Assembly: GCA_900544715.1 (NCBI GenBank)
Contig: UQWL01000007.1
Span: 35,043 to 99,042 of the forward strand
DNA length: 64,000 nucleotides
Direction: 5' to 3'
DNA from: an uncultured Oscillospiraceae bacterium
GTDB lineage: Bacteria; Bacillota; Clostridia; Oscillospirales; Acutalibacteraceae
Shown: piece after piece, positions 18,156-27,645 of the stretch
Layout of the letters: every line of letters begins with the position of its first letter
Position numbering within the stretch: position 1 is the stretch's first letter
Notes under the pieces: model-generated
Databases searched by the model: none
The model's input: the letters and a program-made list of their open reading frames with translations, nothing else
Told to the model about the DNA's origin: nothing
Program-made: the position numbers and the translations under genes

Positions 18156-18689
18156 ATGGCAAAACCGGAAAACCGCTTGGTGGAGCAGGCAAAGGCCGGG
18201 AGTGCGGATGCCTTCGGGCAGCTGTATGCCCAATATGCGCAGGACCTTTACCGCTTTGCCTACTACTATCTCGGCTCCCGCGAGGAGGCGGAGGACGCCG
18301 TGCAGGATGCTGTTTGCGCCGCCTTCCAGGGGGTTGGCGCCCTGCGTAGCGCCGCATCCTTCAAGGCATGGCTTTTTTCCATCCTCGCCAACACCTGCAA
18401 GCACCACATTGCGGCGGTCAAAGAGCGGCGGCTCACCCCCCCGCTCGAGGAGGCGCGCCGTCTGGGGGAAAGCGAATGCTCCGAGGAGCTCGCGCTCGCC
18501 ATGGAGCTGCGGGAGGCAATCTATGCGCTCAGCGATGAAGAGCGCAGCATTGTTTTGCTCTCTATCATCGGCGGTTATAAAAGCCATGAAATTGCCAGAG
18601 CGCTCTCCTGCCCGCCCGGCACCGTCCGCTCAAAGTTATCCCGTTCCCTTGCGAAGCTTCGCCTGACCGCAGAAAAGGAGTCCTCATGA
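18156..18689 (+). CDS. ECF-type sigma factor.
   Basis: Region 2 (FGQLYAQYAQDLYRFAYYYL, DAVQDAV) and region 4 (GYKSHEIARALSCPPGTVRSKLSRS). Confidence 0.8.
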   Translation: MAKPENRLVEQAKAGSADAFGQLYAQYAQDLYRFAYYYLGSREEAEDAVQDAVCAAFQGVGALRSAASFKAWLFSILANTCKHHIAAVKERRLTPPLEEARRLGESECSEELALAMELREAIYALSDEERSIVLLSIIGGYKSHEIARALSCPPGTVRSKLSRSLAKLRLTAEKESS

Positions 18690-20719
18690 TGAAAAAAAAG
18701 CGAAATGGCCAAACCGAACCGCTTTTGGAAGCGCTCAGGCCTTTGGATCAAATCAACTCACTCCCCCCCGCCCTTTCTCCCGCCCAAATGAGCAGCCGGC
18801 TCCGGCTGCAAACGCCGCAGCCGGCAAAGCGGCGCTATCTGACGCTCCGCCATGTCGCCGCAGCGGCGGCGGTGCTTGCAATCGTAATTGGTGCAATCGC
18901 CCTGTGGAAGGGCCTGCCCTATCTCGAAGTAGTCAACCGCCAAACGGGGGATTCCGCGCCCCTGACAGAGGTATTACAGGATTATTCTAAAATTGAAGCC
19001 TATTTTAAGGATCTCTCCGCCAATCCGGCTGATGAAATCTTCGTAAAACCAGAGGATGCCATGGAGGCCCCCGTGGAATCGCCCACCATGGGCGACGTTC
19101 CAAAGAACGGCGCTCTCGCCGGGCAGTCGGCAAACCACAGTACACCGAAAAACGAGGCAGAATCCGGCTATGGGAAAACCAATACGCAGACCGCTGGCGT
19201 GGAGGAAGCGGATATCCTGAAGAACGACGGTTCCACCCTTTATTTTGTGCCGGCGCTCGGCAAAACGATCCAAATCATCGCCCCCCGCCCAGCCGGTTCC
19301 ATGAAGGTGCTCTCTCAAATTACCATCCCTCAGGAATCCAGCAGGGAGGTGACCGTTTCTGAGCTCTATGTGCAGGGCGACCGCCTGATTGCTGTGTGCA
19401 ACTTGAGGAATCCTCGGGATCGAGAATACAACGCCGTGTGCGGGCTCATGATGCCCGTCTACCAAGGGGATACCCGCATCCTGATCTATAACATCGGCGA
19501 CCGCTCCGCACCAAAACTTGAACGCGCCTACACGCAGGATGGCGGCGTTCTTTCCACCCGCATGATCGGCAGAACGCTCTATGTGATCACGCAGTATACC
19601 GTAGCGCAAGATGAAAACGGCGCATTTACCGACTATATCCCCACCACCTCCGACGGGGAGCACGGCGCTCAAAAGCTCAACGCGGCGGATATTCAAATCC
19701 TTCCGGAGGCCAAAACGCCCAACTACCTGGTCGTCAGCGCTCTGGATACCGCAGATGCAAAAAAAGAAGTTTCCCGCAAGGCCGTACTCGGCAGCGGGGA
19801 CAAGGTGTATTGCAGCACAGAGGCGCTCTACACCGCCGCTACAGCGTATGACGGCGATGTGGAATACACCACGATCTTCGGCTTCCCCTTCTCACAAGAC
19901 GGCCTTGGAAAAAGTGTTTCCGGCCGGGTGCGCGGCCATGTGCTCAACCAGTTTGCGATCGACAGCTACGACGGCGCGCTGCGCATTGCCACCACGGAAA
20001 CGGGAAACAGCGGCACCAGCAGCCGGGTTACCATTCTGGATGCCTCCCTGAAAACGCTCTCTACGCTCACCAATATCGCCCCTGGGGAGGAGATCTATGC
20101 CGTGCGTTTCCTCGGCACGAAGGGCTATGTTGTCACCTTCCGGCAGACCGATCCGCTCTTTGTGATCGATCTCTCCGATCCCAGTGCGCCAAAAATCCTC
20201 GGTGAACTGAAAATCCCCGGTTTTTCAAGCTATCTGCATCCGGTGGGCGAAAATCTCCTCCTCGGTATCGGGCAGGATGCGGATGAAAACGGCGTGACCC
20301 GCGGCGTAAAGCTTTCCCTCTTCGATGTGAGTCACCCCGAGAAGCCGCAGGAGGTTGACAGCCTTGTTTTGCCAAACGGCACTTATACCGACGCTCCTTC
20401 GGAATATAAAAGCATCCTTTTCCTGCCGGAGGAGAATGCGGTTGCCTTCCCGGTCGCCCGGGAGGAGATCGGCAAGAGTTTCCGCTCCTATTTTGATGAA
20501 ACCTACTGTGTGTTCTCCCTGCAAGGCAGGCAAATCAGCCTTTTGCACACGCTGCGCAACTATACACAGCAAGAGCGGCTCGCGGCGGACGGCAGCGAAT
20601 TAGACTACTCCATCCGGCGCGGCACCTATATTGGGGATACGCTTTATACGCTTTCCAACAGCCGTATCTGTGCCTTTTCCCTCTCCAGCGGTGAGGAGAT
20701 GGGCCGCCTCGATTTCTAA
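18686..20719 (+). CDS. Anti-sigma factor fused to a C-terminal secreted beta-propeller domain (PF09826-like).
   Basis: The start overlaps the sigma stop (ATGA). A TM segment (AAAAVLAIVIGAIALW) is followed by GVEEADILKNDGSTLYFV, which begins roughly 450 residues of extracytoplasmic repeats. Confidence 0.55.
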   Translation: MMKKKRNGQTEPLLEALRPLDQINSLPPALSPAQMSSRLRLQTPQPAKRRYLTLRHVAAAAAVLAIVIGAIALWKGLPYLEVVNRQTGDSAPLTEVLQDYSKIEAYFKDLSANPADEIFVKPEDAMEAPVESPTMGDVPKNGALAGQSANHSTPKNEAESGYGKTNTQTAGVEEADILKNDGSTLYFVPALGKTIQIIAPRPAGSMKVLSQITIPQESSREVTVSELYVQGDRLIAVCNLRNPRDREYNAVCGLMMPVYQGDTRILIYNIGDRSAPKLERAYTQDGGVLSTRMIGRTLYVITQYTVAQDENGAFTDYIPTTSDGEHGAQKLNAADIQILPEAKTPNYLVVSALDTADAKKEVSRKAVLGSGDKVYCSTEALYTAATAYDGDVEYTTIFGFPFSQDGLGKSVSGRVRGHVLNQFAIDSYDGALRIATTETGNSGTSSRVTILDASLKTLSTLTNIAPGEEIYAVRFLGTKGYVVTFRQTDPLFVIDLSDPSAPKILGELKIPGFSSYLHPVGENLLLGIGQDADENGVTRGVKLSLFDVSHPEKPQEVDSLVLPNGTYTDAPSEYKSILFLPEENAVAFPVAREEIGKSFRSYFDETYCVFSLQGRQISLLHTLRNYTQQERLAADGSELDYSIRRGTYIGDTLYTLSNSRICAFSLSSGEEMGRLDF

Positions 20720-20756
20720 CGGTTCCAGCCTCTTTTTTATCTTCAAAATCTGACCA

Positions 20757-20810
20757 GGGAGCGCGCTTCGAAAGGAAGATATTTTCCTTTTGAAGCGCGC
20801 TCCCTTTTTG
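20757..20810 (+). terminator. Intrinsic terminator.
   Basis: GGGAGCGCGCTTCGAAAGG...CCTTTTGAAGCGCGCTCCC followed by TTTTT. Confidence 0.7.
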
Positions 20811-20924
20811 CTTCCGAAAACTCAAAAATGAGAGCCTGTTTTCAAACAGCTCTCATTTTACGCAATTTTCTGGACAGCCTAAATAGGAACAGAAAGCGCC
20901 TGCCGTTTGGAAAAGAGGGAACCT

Positions 20925-22241
20925 ATGACCGAGCCCAACAAAGCCTATCGCCTGCCCACCGCAATCGCCATGATCGTCGGCATTTGCATTGGCTCAGGAA
21001 TTTTCTTTAAAAGCGATAATATTTTGGAGGCAACCGGGGGCAGTGTGCCGCTCGGCATCCTTGTTTTTTTGCTGGGGGCGGTCGGCATCATCTTTGGTGG
21101 GCTGAGCATTGGGCAGCTCGCGGCGCGCACCGCACAGCCGGGCGGGCTTGTCGCCTACGCGGCGGAATTTGTCGGGCCGAGTTTCACAGGCGGCGTTGGG
21201 TGGTTCCAGGTTTTTTTATACTTTCCCACCCTTGTCGCCGCCGTATCCCGCGCGGTTGGGCACTATTTTTGCAGCCTGTTTTCTATTTCGGACACATTGG
21301 AAGCGCAGTGCTTGGCGGGGTTCCTTTTTTTCACGCTCTGCTTTTTTTGGAATATCTGCTCCGCAAAGCTGGGCGGAATCCTGCAAAACGCGGCCACCGC
21401 CCTCAAGCTCCTGCCGCTCCTGCTCATTGCCGTTTGCGGCTTGTTTTTAGGGAAACCAGGGGAAACCATCGAACTCTCCGCCGGGTCCCCCGCCGCAACG
21501 GGATGGATTTCCGCCATCGGGCCGATTGCCTTTGCCTACGATGGGTGGGTGATCGCCACTGCGATCTCGCATGAAGTAAAGGACGCACGGCGAAACATGC
21601 CCCGCGCGCTGCTGATTGCGCCGCTGTTCGTCACATGCGTGTATATCCTCTATTTTCTCGGCGTTTCAAGCCTGTTGGGCCCGGAAACCGTGCGCGCCAT
21701 GGGCGACCGGCACGTCGCCTTTCTGGCAGGCCGCCTGCTGGGGCCGTTTGGGGCCAAGGTGATGCTGCTCTTTATCCTGATCGCGGTGGCAGGCACGCTC
21801 AACGGCGTAATCCTGGGCTACCTCCGGCTGCCCTATGCGCTCGCAGAGCGCGGGCTTCTGCCTCTATCCCGCATATTCGCCGGGCCGCGGGCATTTCCGC
21901 GTGCGCTGCCCGCCTACGCGGCAAGCTGCGTTTGGACGGCACTCAATTATCTCAGCGAACGGTATGCATGGCTGCCCAACGCGGATGTTTCGGAAATCCC
22001 GATTGTGATAGGCTACCTGCTCTACGCGGTGTTATACGTCCAGGTGATCCGCCTTTGGAAACACGGCGAAATCAATGGCTTCTGGCGCGGTGTGGTAATC
22101 CCCGCGCTTGCCCTGGCAGGTGCAGGGATCGTACTCTGGGGCGGCCTGCAAAGCGGGGCGCACCTGTTTTACGCGGGCGGCTGCCTGTTGGTCATCGCTT
22201 TGGGCTTTCTGTATGGCGGGCGGATGAACAGGGCGGTATAA
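20925..22241 (+). CDS. APC-superfamily amino acid permease.
   Basis: Twelve-TM protein with the N-terminal IVGICIGSGIFFKS motif. AAAAGAGGGA RBS; the track's ORF begins earlier at a TTG. Confidence 0.75.
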   Translation: MTEPNKAYRLPTAIAMIVGICIGSGIFFKSDNILEATGGSVPLGILVFLLGAVGIIFGGLSIGQLAARTAQPGGLVAYAAEFVGPSFTGGVGWFQVFLYFPTLVAAVSRAVGHYFCSLFSISDTLEAQCLAGFLFFTLCFFWNICSAKLGGILQNAATALKLLPLLLIAVCGLFLGKPGETIELSAGSPAATGWISAIGPIAFAYDGWVIATAISHEVKDARRNMPRALLIAPLFVTCVYILYFLGVSSLLGPETVRAMGDRHVAFLAGRLLGPFGAKVMLLFILIAVAGTLNGVILGYLRLPYALAERGLLPLSRIFAGPRAFPRALPAYAASCVWTALNYLSERYAWLPNADVSEIPIVIGYLLYAVLYVQVIRLWKHGEINGFWRGVVIPALALAGAGIVLWGGLQSGAHLFYAGGCLLVIALGFLYGGRMNRAV

Positions 22242-22509
22242 AAAATCTCCTGCGAAGCGTTTTGCATTTGGCAGGAGATCTCAACTTGTCAAAAAAGGTG
22301 CCTCTTTCGTCAACATACACAAAGATGGCCCAATAAAATTTTTAGAGGTATTTCTTGCAATGTTTGCAGCCATGAATTGCTTTGATCACAACTAAAAGCT
22401 AAGCTTGCGCTCAGGCCGTGCGGACCCACGCCTGTTTCCCATGCTTTCCATGCGGAAAACCGCTTGCGGACTCAAATATGCCTTTTTCACAGCCAATTTT
22501 TGATTTCAA

Positions 22510-23292
22510 TCACGTCTTTGAAGCCTGCAAGAATTCTTCCGCCTCCTGAATGCCCAGCCCAACATCACTGGGGCAGTGGGCATCTGATGCGGTTTGGATG
22601 CGTACGCCGCTGCGGAGCATCTCCTGCAGCAGGGGCGGTTCCATCCCCAGCCGCCCACCGTGCCTGCGAAAAATTCCGCTGTTTTGCTCGGCATACATCC
22701 TGTTCTGCGCCAATATCGCCGCCAGCCGCTTATAATAAGGCTCCAGCGAAAAGGAGGGGAGATGGCCAAAAAGCTTGAGACTGTCGGGATGCGCGAGGCC
22801 GTCGAACACGCCGCAGGAGGCCAACTGAATGCTCAACTCAAAAAAGCGGCGGTACGCCTCGTCGATCTCTATGCTCTCCCATAGCTCCGGCTTGTGATCG
22901 AAGGCAAACGCATCAATAAAATGGATGCTGCCAATCAGAAAATCCAGCCCCAAATCCTTTGTGCAGTTTTCCACAAAAGCTTCATAGCCGGGGAAATAAC
23001 AAACTTCCAGCCCAAATTGGATGGAAAGCGGCCACTGGGCCAGGCGCACTTCATTGGCGAGGTGCAGAAATTCATCCAGATCGCGCTTTCCACCCTTGCG
23101 GCCCAACCATGCGTCGATAAAATCGCTTTGCGTGCGGAGCGGCTCGTACATGGGCAAAAATTCTGGGAAGAGATAGCTGTGCTCCAGCAGGTGAATTTCA
23201 GAAAGGCCCCTTTGCAAGGCGTAGCCTACATACTTTTCCACCCAGGGGAGGGTGTAGGGCCCGGTTTCGAGATGAATGTGGCAGTCAAGCAT
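22510..23292 (-). CDS. PHP-domain phosphoesterase (HisJ-family histidinol-phosphatase-like).
   Basis: MLDCHIHLE is the metal-binding start. Size and motifs (GLEVCYF, SIHFID, GLAHPD, TASDAH) fit the PHP family. Confidence 0.7.
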   Translation of the reverse strand: MLDCHIHLETGPYTLPWVEKYVGYALQRGLSEIHLLEHSYLFPEFLPMYEPLRTQSDFIDAWLGRKGGKRDLDEFLHLANEVRLAQWPLSIQFGLEVCYFPGYEAFVENCTKDLGLDFLIGSIHFIDAFAFDHKPELWESIEIDEAYRRFFELSIQLASCGVFDGLAHPDSLKLFGHLPSFSLEPYYKRLAAILAQNRMYAEQNSGIFRRHGGRLGMEPPLLQEMLRSGVRIQTASDAHCPSDVGLGIQEAEEFLQASKT

Positions 23293-23331
23293 AGCGAAAA
23301 CTCTCTCCTCAGAGGGTTTTTTCAGGCAGGC

Positions 23332-24591
23332 TCAGCTGCGCGCCGTCAGAAGCAATTCCTCATAAAATTTTTCTTTTTTTACACGGCCGGCGGCAGAAAG
23401 GGAGAGATGGTCAAAGCGCAAAAATTCTCCTGCCAGCGCGCGCACTTCCTCAAGCGTGACCGCACGCACACGCTCCGTAATTTCATCCGCGCTTTTTACC
23501 TCGTTATAAAGCAGCTCGCCGCGGCCCATCTGAGCGGCGCGGGACTGCGTGGATTCCATATTCATAATCAGCCCGGAGAGATATTGCTCCTTGGCGCGGG
23601 CAAGCTCCCGCTGCGTGAGCGAAGAAGCAAAACTGTTGATAATATGGAAAACCTCCCGCAGCGCCTTTTTTTCATTGCGCGGCGAAAGCGCCATATCGAC
23701 ACCGAGAATTCCCGCCTCGAGGTAGGAGGCGGAGAAGGATTCGATTTCATAGACAAGCCCCAGCTCTTCCCGAATGCGCTGATATAGCCGGGAGGAGGAA
23801 GAGGTGCCGAGCACCGACATGAGCAGGCGCATGGCGAAACGGCGGTCATCCTGCGCGCTGATTCCGGGCATCGCAAGCGCGAGCTGCGTTTGTTCAAAAT
23901 CCTTTTTACGAAGCGTCAGGCACTTGCGGTATTGCGCGGGGCCGGCCTGCACTGGATTGCCGCCATTGGGCATAGGGCCGAAGAATTTTTCACACAGCCG
24001 CACGATCTCTTCCCGGTCAAAACGGCCGCACACGGCGGCCACCATGCGCTCCGGCGTATAATAGCGGCGCATATGCGCACGCAGATCCTCCGCCGTTAGG
24101 GAAGCGACAGTTTTTCGCTCGCCCAAGATGTTGGCGCCAAGCATATCCCCCTGCCAAACGCTGGCATAGAGATTATCCGCGCAGAGATCCTCCGGGCTGT
24201 CTTCATACATGTGTAGCTCTTCGAGGATCACACCGCGCTCCGTTTGCAGATCTTTCTCCAAAAGGGCGGGCTGTGTGAGCATATCGCAGAGGATATCGAA
24301 GGCGGTGCCGACGTGCCGGTCGAGTGCCCGCGCATAAAAGCAGGTGTATTCCTTCGTGGTGTAGGCGTTGAGCGCGCCGCCGATTTCATCCATCTGCTCG
24401 GCAATAGCCAAAGCGGAGCGGCGGGCTGTGCCCTTAAAAAGCATATGCTCAATAAAATGGGAAACGCCCGCGGTCTGCGGCGTTTCATAGCGAGAACCGC
24501 TCCCGACCCAGATGCCCATGGTGGCGCTTCGCGCCCAATCTATAGGCTCTAGGATGATGCGAAAGCCGTTTGGCAAAGTGATTTTTTCCAT
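23332..24591 (-). CDS. M16-family zinc peptidase (insulinase/pitrilysin-like).
   Basis: HFIEHMLFKGT is the inverted zinc-binding HxxEH motif. Confidence 0.8.
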   Translation of the reverse strand: MEKITLPNGFRIILEPIDWARSATMGIWVGSGSRYETPQTAGVSHFIEHMLFKGTARRSALAIAEQMDEIGGALNAYTTKEYTCFYARALDRHVGTAFDILCDMLTQPALLEKDLQTERGVILEELHMYEDSPEDLCADNLYASVWQGDMLGANILGERKTVASLTAEDLRAHMRRYYTPERMVAAVCGRFDREEIVRLCEKFFGPMPNGGNPVQAGPAQYRKCLTLRKKDFEQTQLALAMPGISAQDDRRFAMRLLMSVLGTSSSSRLYQRIREELGLVYEIESFSASYLEAGILGVDMALSPRNEKKALREVFHIINSFASSLTQRELARAKEQYLSGLIMNMESTQSRAAQMGRGELLYNEVKSADEITERVRAVTLEEVRALAGEFLRFDHLSLSAAGRVKKEKFYEELLLTARS

Positions 24592-24714
24592 ATCGATCTA
24601 CCGTACCTTTCTGGATCGCCCAATATCAAAGCAGACCCGGCCAGGTGCAGAGTTGCAGAGCAGATTCTGAAAACTTCCGTTATGCACAGGTTTGCAGTTG
24701 GATTTTGGCTCTCT

Positions 24715-24743
24715 AAGTTTGAAAGACAACTCTTTTCAAACTG
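24715..24743. repeat. Inverted-repeat element AAGTTTGAAAGA-N6-CTTTTCAAACTG, copy 1.
   Basis: Both arms (12 and 10 nt) are also present at 56633-56660. Confidence 0.6.
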
Positions 24744-24767
24744 CAAACTGCTCAGCTGAGCAGTTTG
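24744..24767. promoter_or_regulatory. 24-nt perfect palindrome CAAACTGCTCAGCTGAGCAGTTTG (candidate operator).
   Basis: Perfect dyad symmetry. A related ACTGCTCACGAGAGCAGT lies at 24901-24918. Confidence 0.4.
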
Positions 24768-24900
24768 CGTCTCTCATGGAATATGCCGATCAGGCCAGTT
24801 TCCCTTTCGTTATGAATTGGGAACAGGTTGCCTTCTATTACGAAGTAAAGCGAGCAACAAAACAAAGCCTGCCGTAACCACACGGAAGAAAGAGCTTCAC

Positions 24901-24918
24901 ACTGCTCACGAGAGCAGT
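24901..24918. promoter_or_regulatory. Second ACTGCTC-N4-GAGCAGT palindrome.
   Basis: Its half-sites are identical to those of the 24744-24767 palindrome. Confidence 0.35.
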
Positions 24919-25141
24919 CAAACTAGCGGCCATCCTCTATTATACATAATTTCCAACAAAAATCAAGCTAATAGATAGTCACAGAACAGACGAATTGACG
25001 AAATTTTCCAATCAATACCGCCTTCTCACGTAATTGTTATCAATTTGTTTTCAATTGAAACGCAATTTTGCTTTGCTTTTTTCATACAAATCTGATACAC
25101 TATTAGCCGTTACCAAGCAGAAACAGGAAGGGAGGTTTTTT

Positions 25142-25672
25142 ATGCTGAAAAGCACAAATAAGCACGTAGGAATTTTTTCTTTCATTGGAAACAACATTTT
25201 GATGTTTATTTTTACATTGGCGTTCGGCGCGCTGATTACCTCACACGGGATTGATCTGTCCGCAGTAACGCCGGCGAAGATTTTTTTCTCCGCAATGTAC
25301 ATAGGCCTGGTGTTTGTTGTATCCAGCGTGTGTGGTTACCATAATAACCGCGGCGGGCTGATCGCACTGCTGCTGGTGTCGCTGTATCCAATCGTCGGGA
25401 CAATCGGCTCCACGATGGCGGTGCAGGCGGGTGTGAGCTTGTCCGGGGCGGCAGTGCCGTTTTATTTTGTGTTTCTTCTGGGCAGCACGCCTTTGATGCC
25501 GGTGATGGCGGCGGCCAACCTGACGCGCCTGTATGGAATTGAATTGCTGACGGTGTTTATCGCGCAGAGCATTTTAATCGTGGCGGTTTGGTTTGCAGCA
25601 AGGGCATGGCGCAGGATGAAGAAAAAGCTGGGCATTGATGAAAAAGCAGATAATGCAGTAAAAGTTGCATAA
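25142..25672 (+). CDS. Hypothetical integral membrane protein (five to six TM segments).
   Basis: GGAAGGGAGG RBS before the ATG at 25142. The product is hydrophobic throughout and I recognise no family. Confidence 0.5.
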   Translation: MLKSTNKHVGIFSFIGNNILMFIFTLAFGALITSHGIDLSAVTPAKIFFSAMYIGLVFVVSSVCGYHNNRGGLIALLLVSLYPIVGTIGSTMAVQAGVSLSGAAVPFYFVFLLGSTPLMPVMAAANLTRLYGIELLTVFIAQSILIVAVWFAARAWRRMKKKLGIDEKADNAVKVA

Positions 25673-25785
25673 AAGATTTCGTTGCCGCCGGTAGGAATAC
25701 CGGCGGATTTTTTTGTCTTGCCAATTTTGGTGGCAATGATGATTCAATCGGGCCGGGTGAGGAATCACCTGGCCCGATTTCCATT

Positions 25786-27645
25786 TTACGCGCCCTGCTC
25801 GGATGGGCGGTCAAACTGGCTGTTATAAAGCTTCGCATAGAAGCCGCCCTTTGCCATCAGGCCATCGTGTGTGCCCTGCTCCACAATGTCGCCATCCTGC
25901 ATGCAGAGGATGAGATCCGCATCGCGAATGGTAGAGAGCCGGTGCGCAATGATGAAGCTTGTGCGCCCTTCCATCAGGTGGTCCATCGCCTTCTGGATGA
26001 GCAGCTCCGTGCGGGTGTCGACGGAACTGGTGGCTTCATCGAGAATCAGCACCTTTGGATCGGAGAGGATCGCGCGCGCAATGGTCAACAACTGCTTCTG
26101 GCCTTGGGAGACGTTGCTTGCCTCCTCATTGAGCACCATATCATAGCCGCCGGGTAGCGTTTTAACGAAATGATGGACCTGAGCCGCCTTCGCAGCGGCG
26201 ATGACTTCTTCATCGGTTGCGTTGAGGTTGCCATAGCGGATGTTATCTTTAATCGTGCCGTTATAGAGCCAGGTATCCTGCAGCACCATGCCGAATACGG
26301 AGCGCAGCTCATTGCGGGTGAAATTGCGGATATCGTATCCGTCGATGAGGATTGCGCCTTCATTGACGTCGTAGAAACGCATGAGCAGCTTCACCATCGT
26401 TGTTTTACCGGCGCCCGTCGGGCCGACAATAGCCACCTTCTGGCCGGGCTGAATATTGGCGCTGAAATCATGGATGATGATCTTATCCGGCGAATAGCCG
26501 AATTTGACATGGGCAAACTGGACGCTGCCCTGGATGTGAACGAGGCTGTCGGTATCCGGCACATCATCATCCGGGTTAATGTGCACCACCGCCTGCTCTT
26601 CACTTTCCTCCGGCTCTGCAAGAAATTCGAAGACCCGTTCAGCCGCAGCCGCGGTTTGCTGCAAAACGTTGCTGGAGTTGGCAAGCTGGTTGATCGGCAT
26701 TGTGAACTGGCGGACATACTGCATAAATGCCTGAATATCGCCCACGGTCATTGCGCCGTGCGCCGCGCGCCATGCGCCGAGGATGCAGACGGCGACCCAG
26801 CCGAGATTACCGATGAAATTCATCACAGGCATCATGATGCCGGATAAAAACTGCGACTTCCAGGCGGAGGAATAGAGGGTGCCGTTATATTCATCAAAGG
26901 TTTTCACGGCGGCCTCCTCACCGTTGAAGGCTTTCATCACCGTGTGGCCGCCGTACATCTCCTCCACATGCCCGTTCACATGCCCCAAATAGGCCTGCTG
27001 CTGCGCAAAGTATTTTTGGGAGCGCTTGACGATCTTCAGGATGAAGAGGAAGGAGAGCGGAAGGATGCAGAGCGCCACAAGCGTGAGCTGCCAGCTGATG
27101 GAGAGCATCATGATGAGGATGCCGATGAAGGTGGCGGCGGAGGTGATGATCTGCGTAACGCTCTGGTTGAGCGATTGACTCAGGGTGTCGATATCGTTGG
27201 TCACGCGGGAGAGCACCTCGCCGTGGGTAACGCGGTCAAAATAGCTCAGGGGCATGCGGTTGATCTTCTGCACAATATCGTTGCGCAGGTTATAGGTAAC
27301 TTCCATCGTGATGCCGGTCATGATCCAGCCCTGCGCATAGGAGAAAAGCAGGCTCGTCAGATACAGGATCAGCAGCGTCAGCAGAATGTTTGCGATCGCG
27401 CCGAAATCGATGCCGGCACCCGCGCCGGTGATCTTGCCCATGATGCCGTTGAAGAGCTCTGTGGTCGCATTGCCGAGCACCTTTGGCCCGACGATGGTAA
27501 AGACAGTGGAGGCAACAGCGAAGAACATCACGAGGATCAGGCGGAATTTATAGCGGCTGAGATAGTGAAGCAGCTGCTTCATGGTGCCCTTGAAATCTTT
27601 CACTTTCGGTTTGCCATGTGCCATGGCGGCTGGGCCGTGTCTCAT
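25786..27645 (-). CDS. ABC exporter with fused transmembrane and nucleotide-binding domains, the catalytically canonical half of a heterodimer.
   Basis: Six TM segments. Walker A GPTGAGKTT, signature VSQGQKQLL, and Walker B LILDEATS with the catalytic Glu present. Confidence 0.85.
   Translation of the reverse strand: MRHGPAAMAHGKPKVKDFKGTMKQLLHYLSRYKFRLILVMFFAVASTVFTIVGPKVLGNATTELFNGIMGKITGAGAGIDFGAIANILLTLLILYLTSLLFSYAQGWIMTGITMEVTYNLRNDIVQKINRMPLSYFDRVTHGEVLSRVTNDIDTLSQSLNQSVTQIITSAATFIGILIMMLSISWQLTLVALCILPLSFLFILKIVKRSQKYFAQQQAYLGHVNGHVEEMYGGHTVMKAFNGEEAAVKTFDEYNGTLYSSAWKSQFLSGIMMPVMNFIGNLGWVAVCILGAWRAAHGAMTVGDIQAFMQYVRQFTMPINQLANSSNVLQQTAAAAERVFEFLAEPEESEEQAVVHINPDDDVPDTDSLVHIQGSVQFAHVKFGYSPDKIIIHDFSANIQPGQKVAIVGPTGAGKTTMVKLLMRFYDVNEGAILIDGYDIRNFTRNELRSVFGMVLQDTWLYNGTIKDNIRYGNLNATDEEVIAAAKAAQVHHFVKTLPGGYDMVLNEEASNVSQGQKQLLTIARAILSDPKVLILDEATSSVDTRTELLIQKAMDHLMEGRTSFIIAHRLSTIRDADLILCMQDGDIVEQGTHDGLMAKGGFYAKLYNSQFDRPSEQGA

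Noticed and set aside
22245-22280. Hairpin ATCTCCTGC...GCAGGAGAT after the APC permease gene as a terminator.
   Set aside because: No U-tract follows on the plus strand. It may still be a weak or Rho-assisted terminator, but I did not list it as a confident feature.
24692-24877. 61-aa plus-strand ORF inside the palindrome-rich intergenic region.
   Set aside because: It starts at a TTG with no RBS. It is read through the nested hairpins, which are more plausibly RNA or DNA structure than coding.
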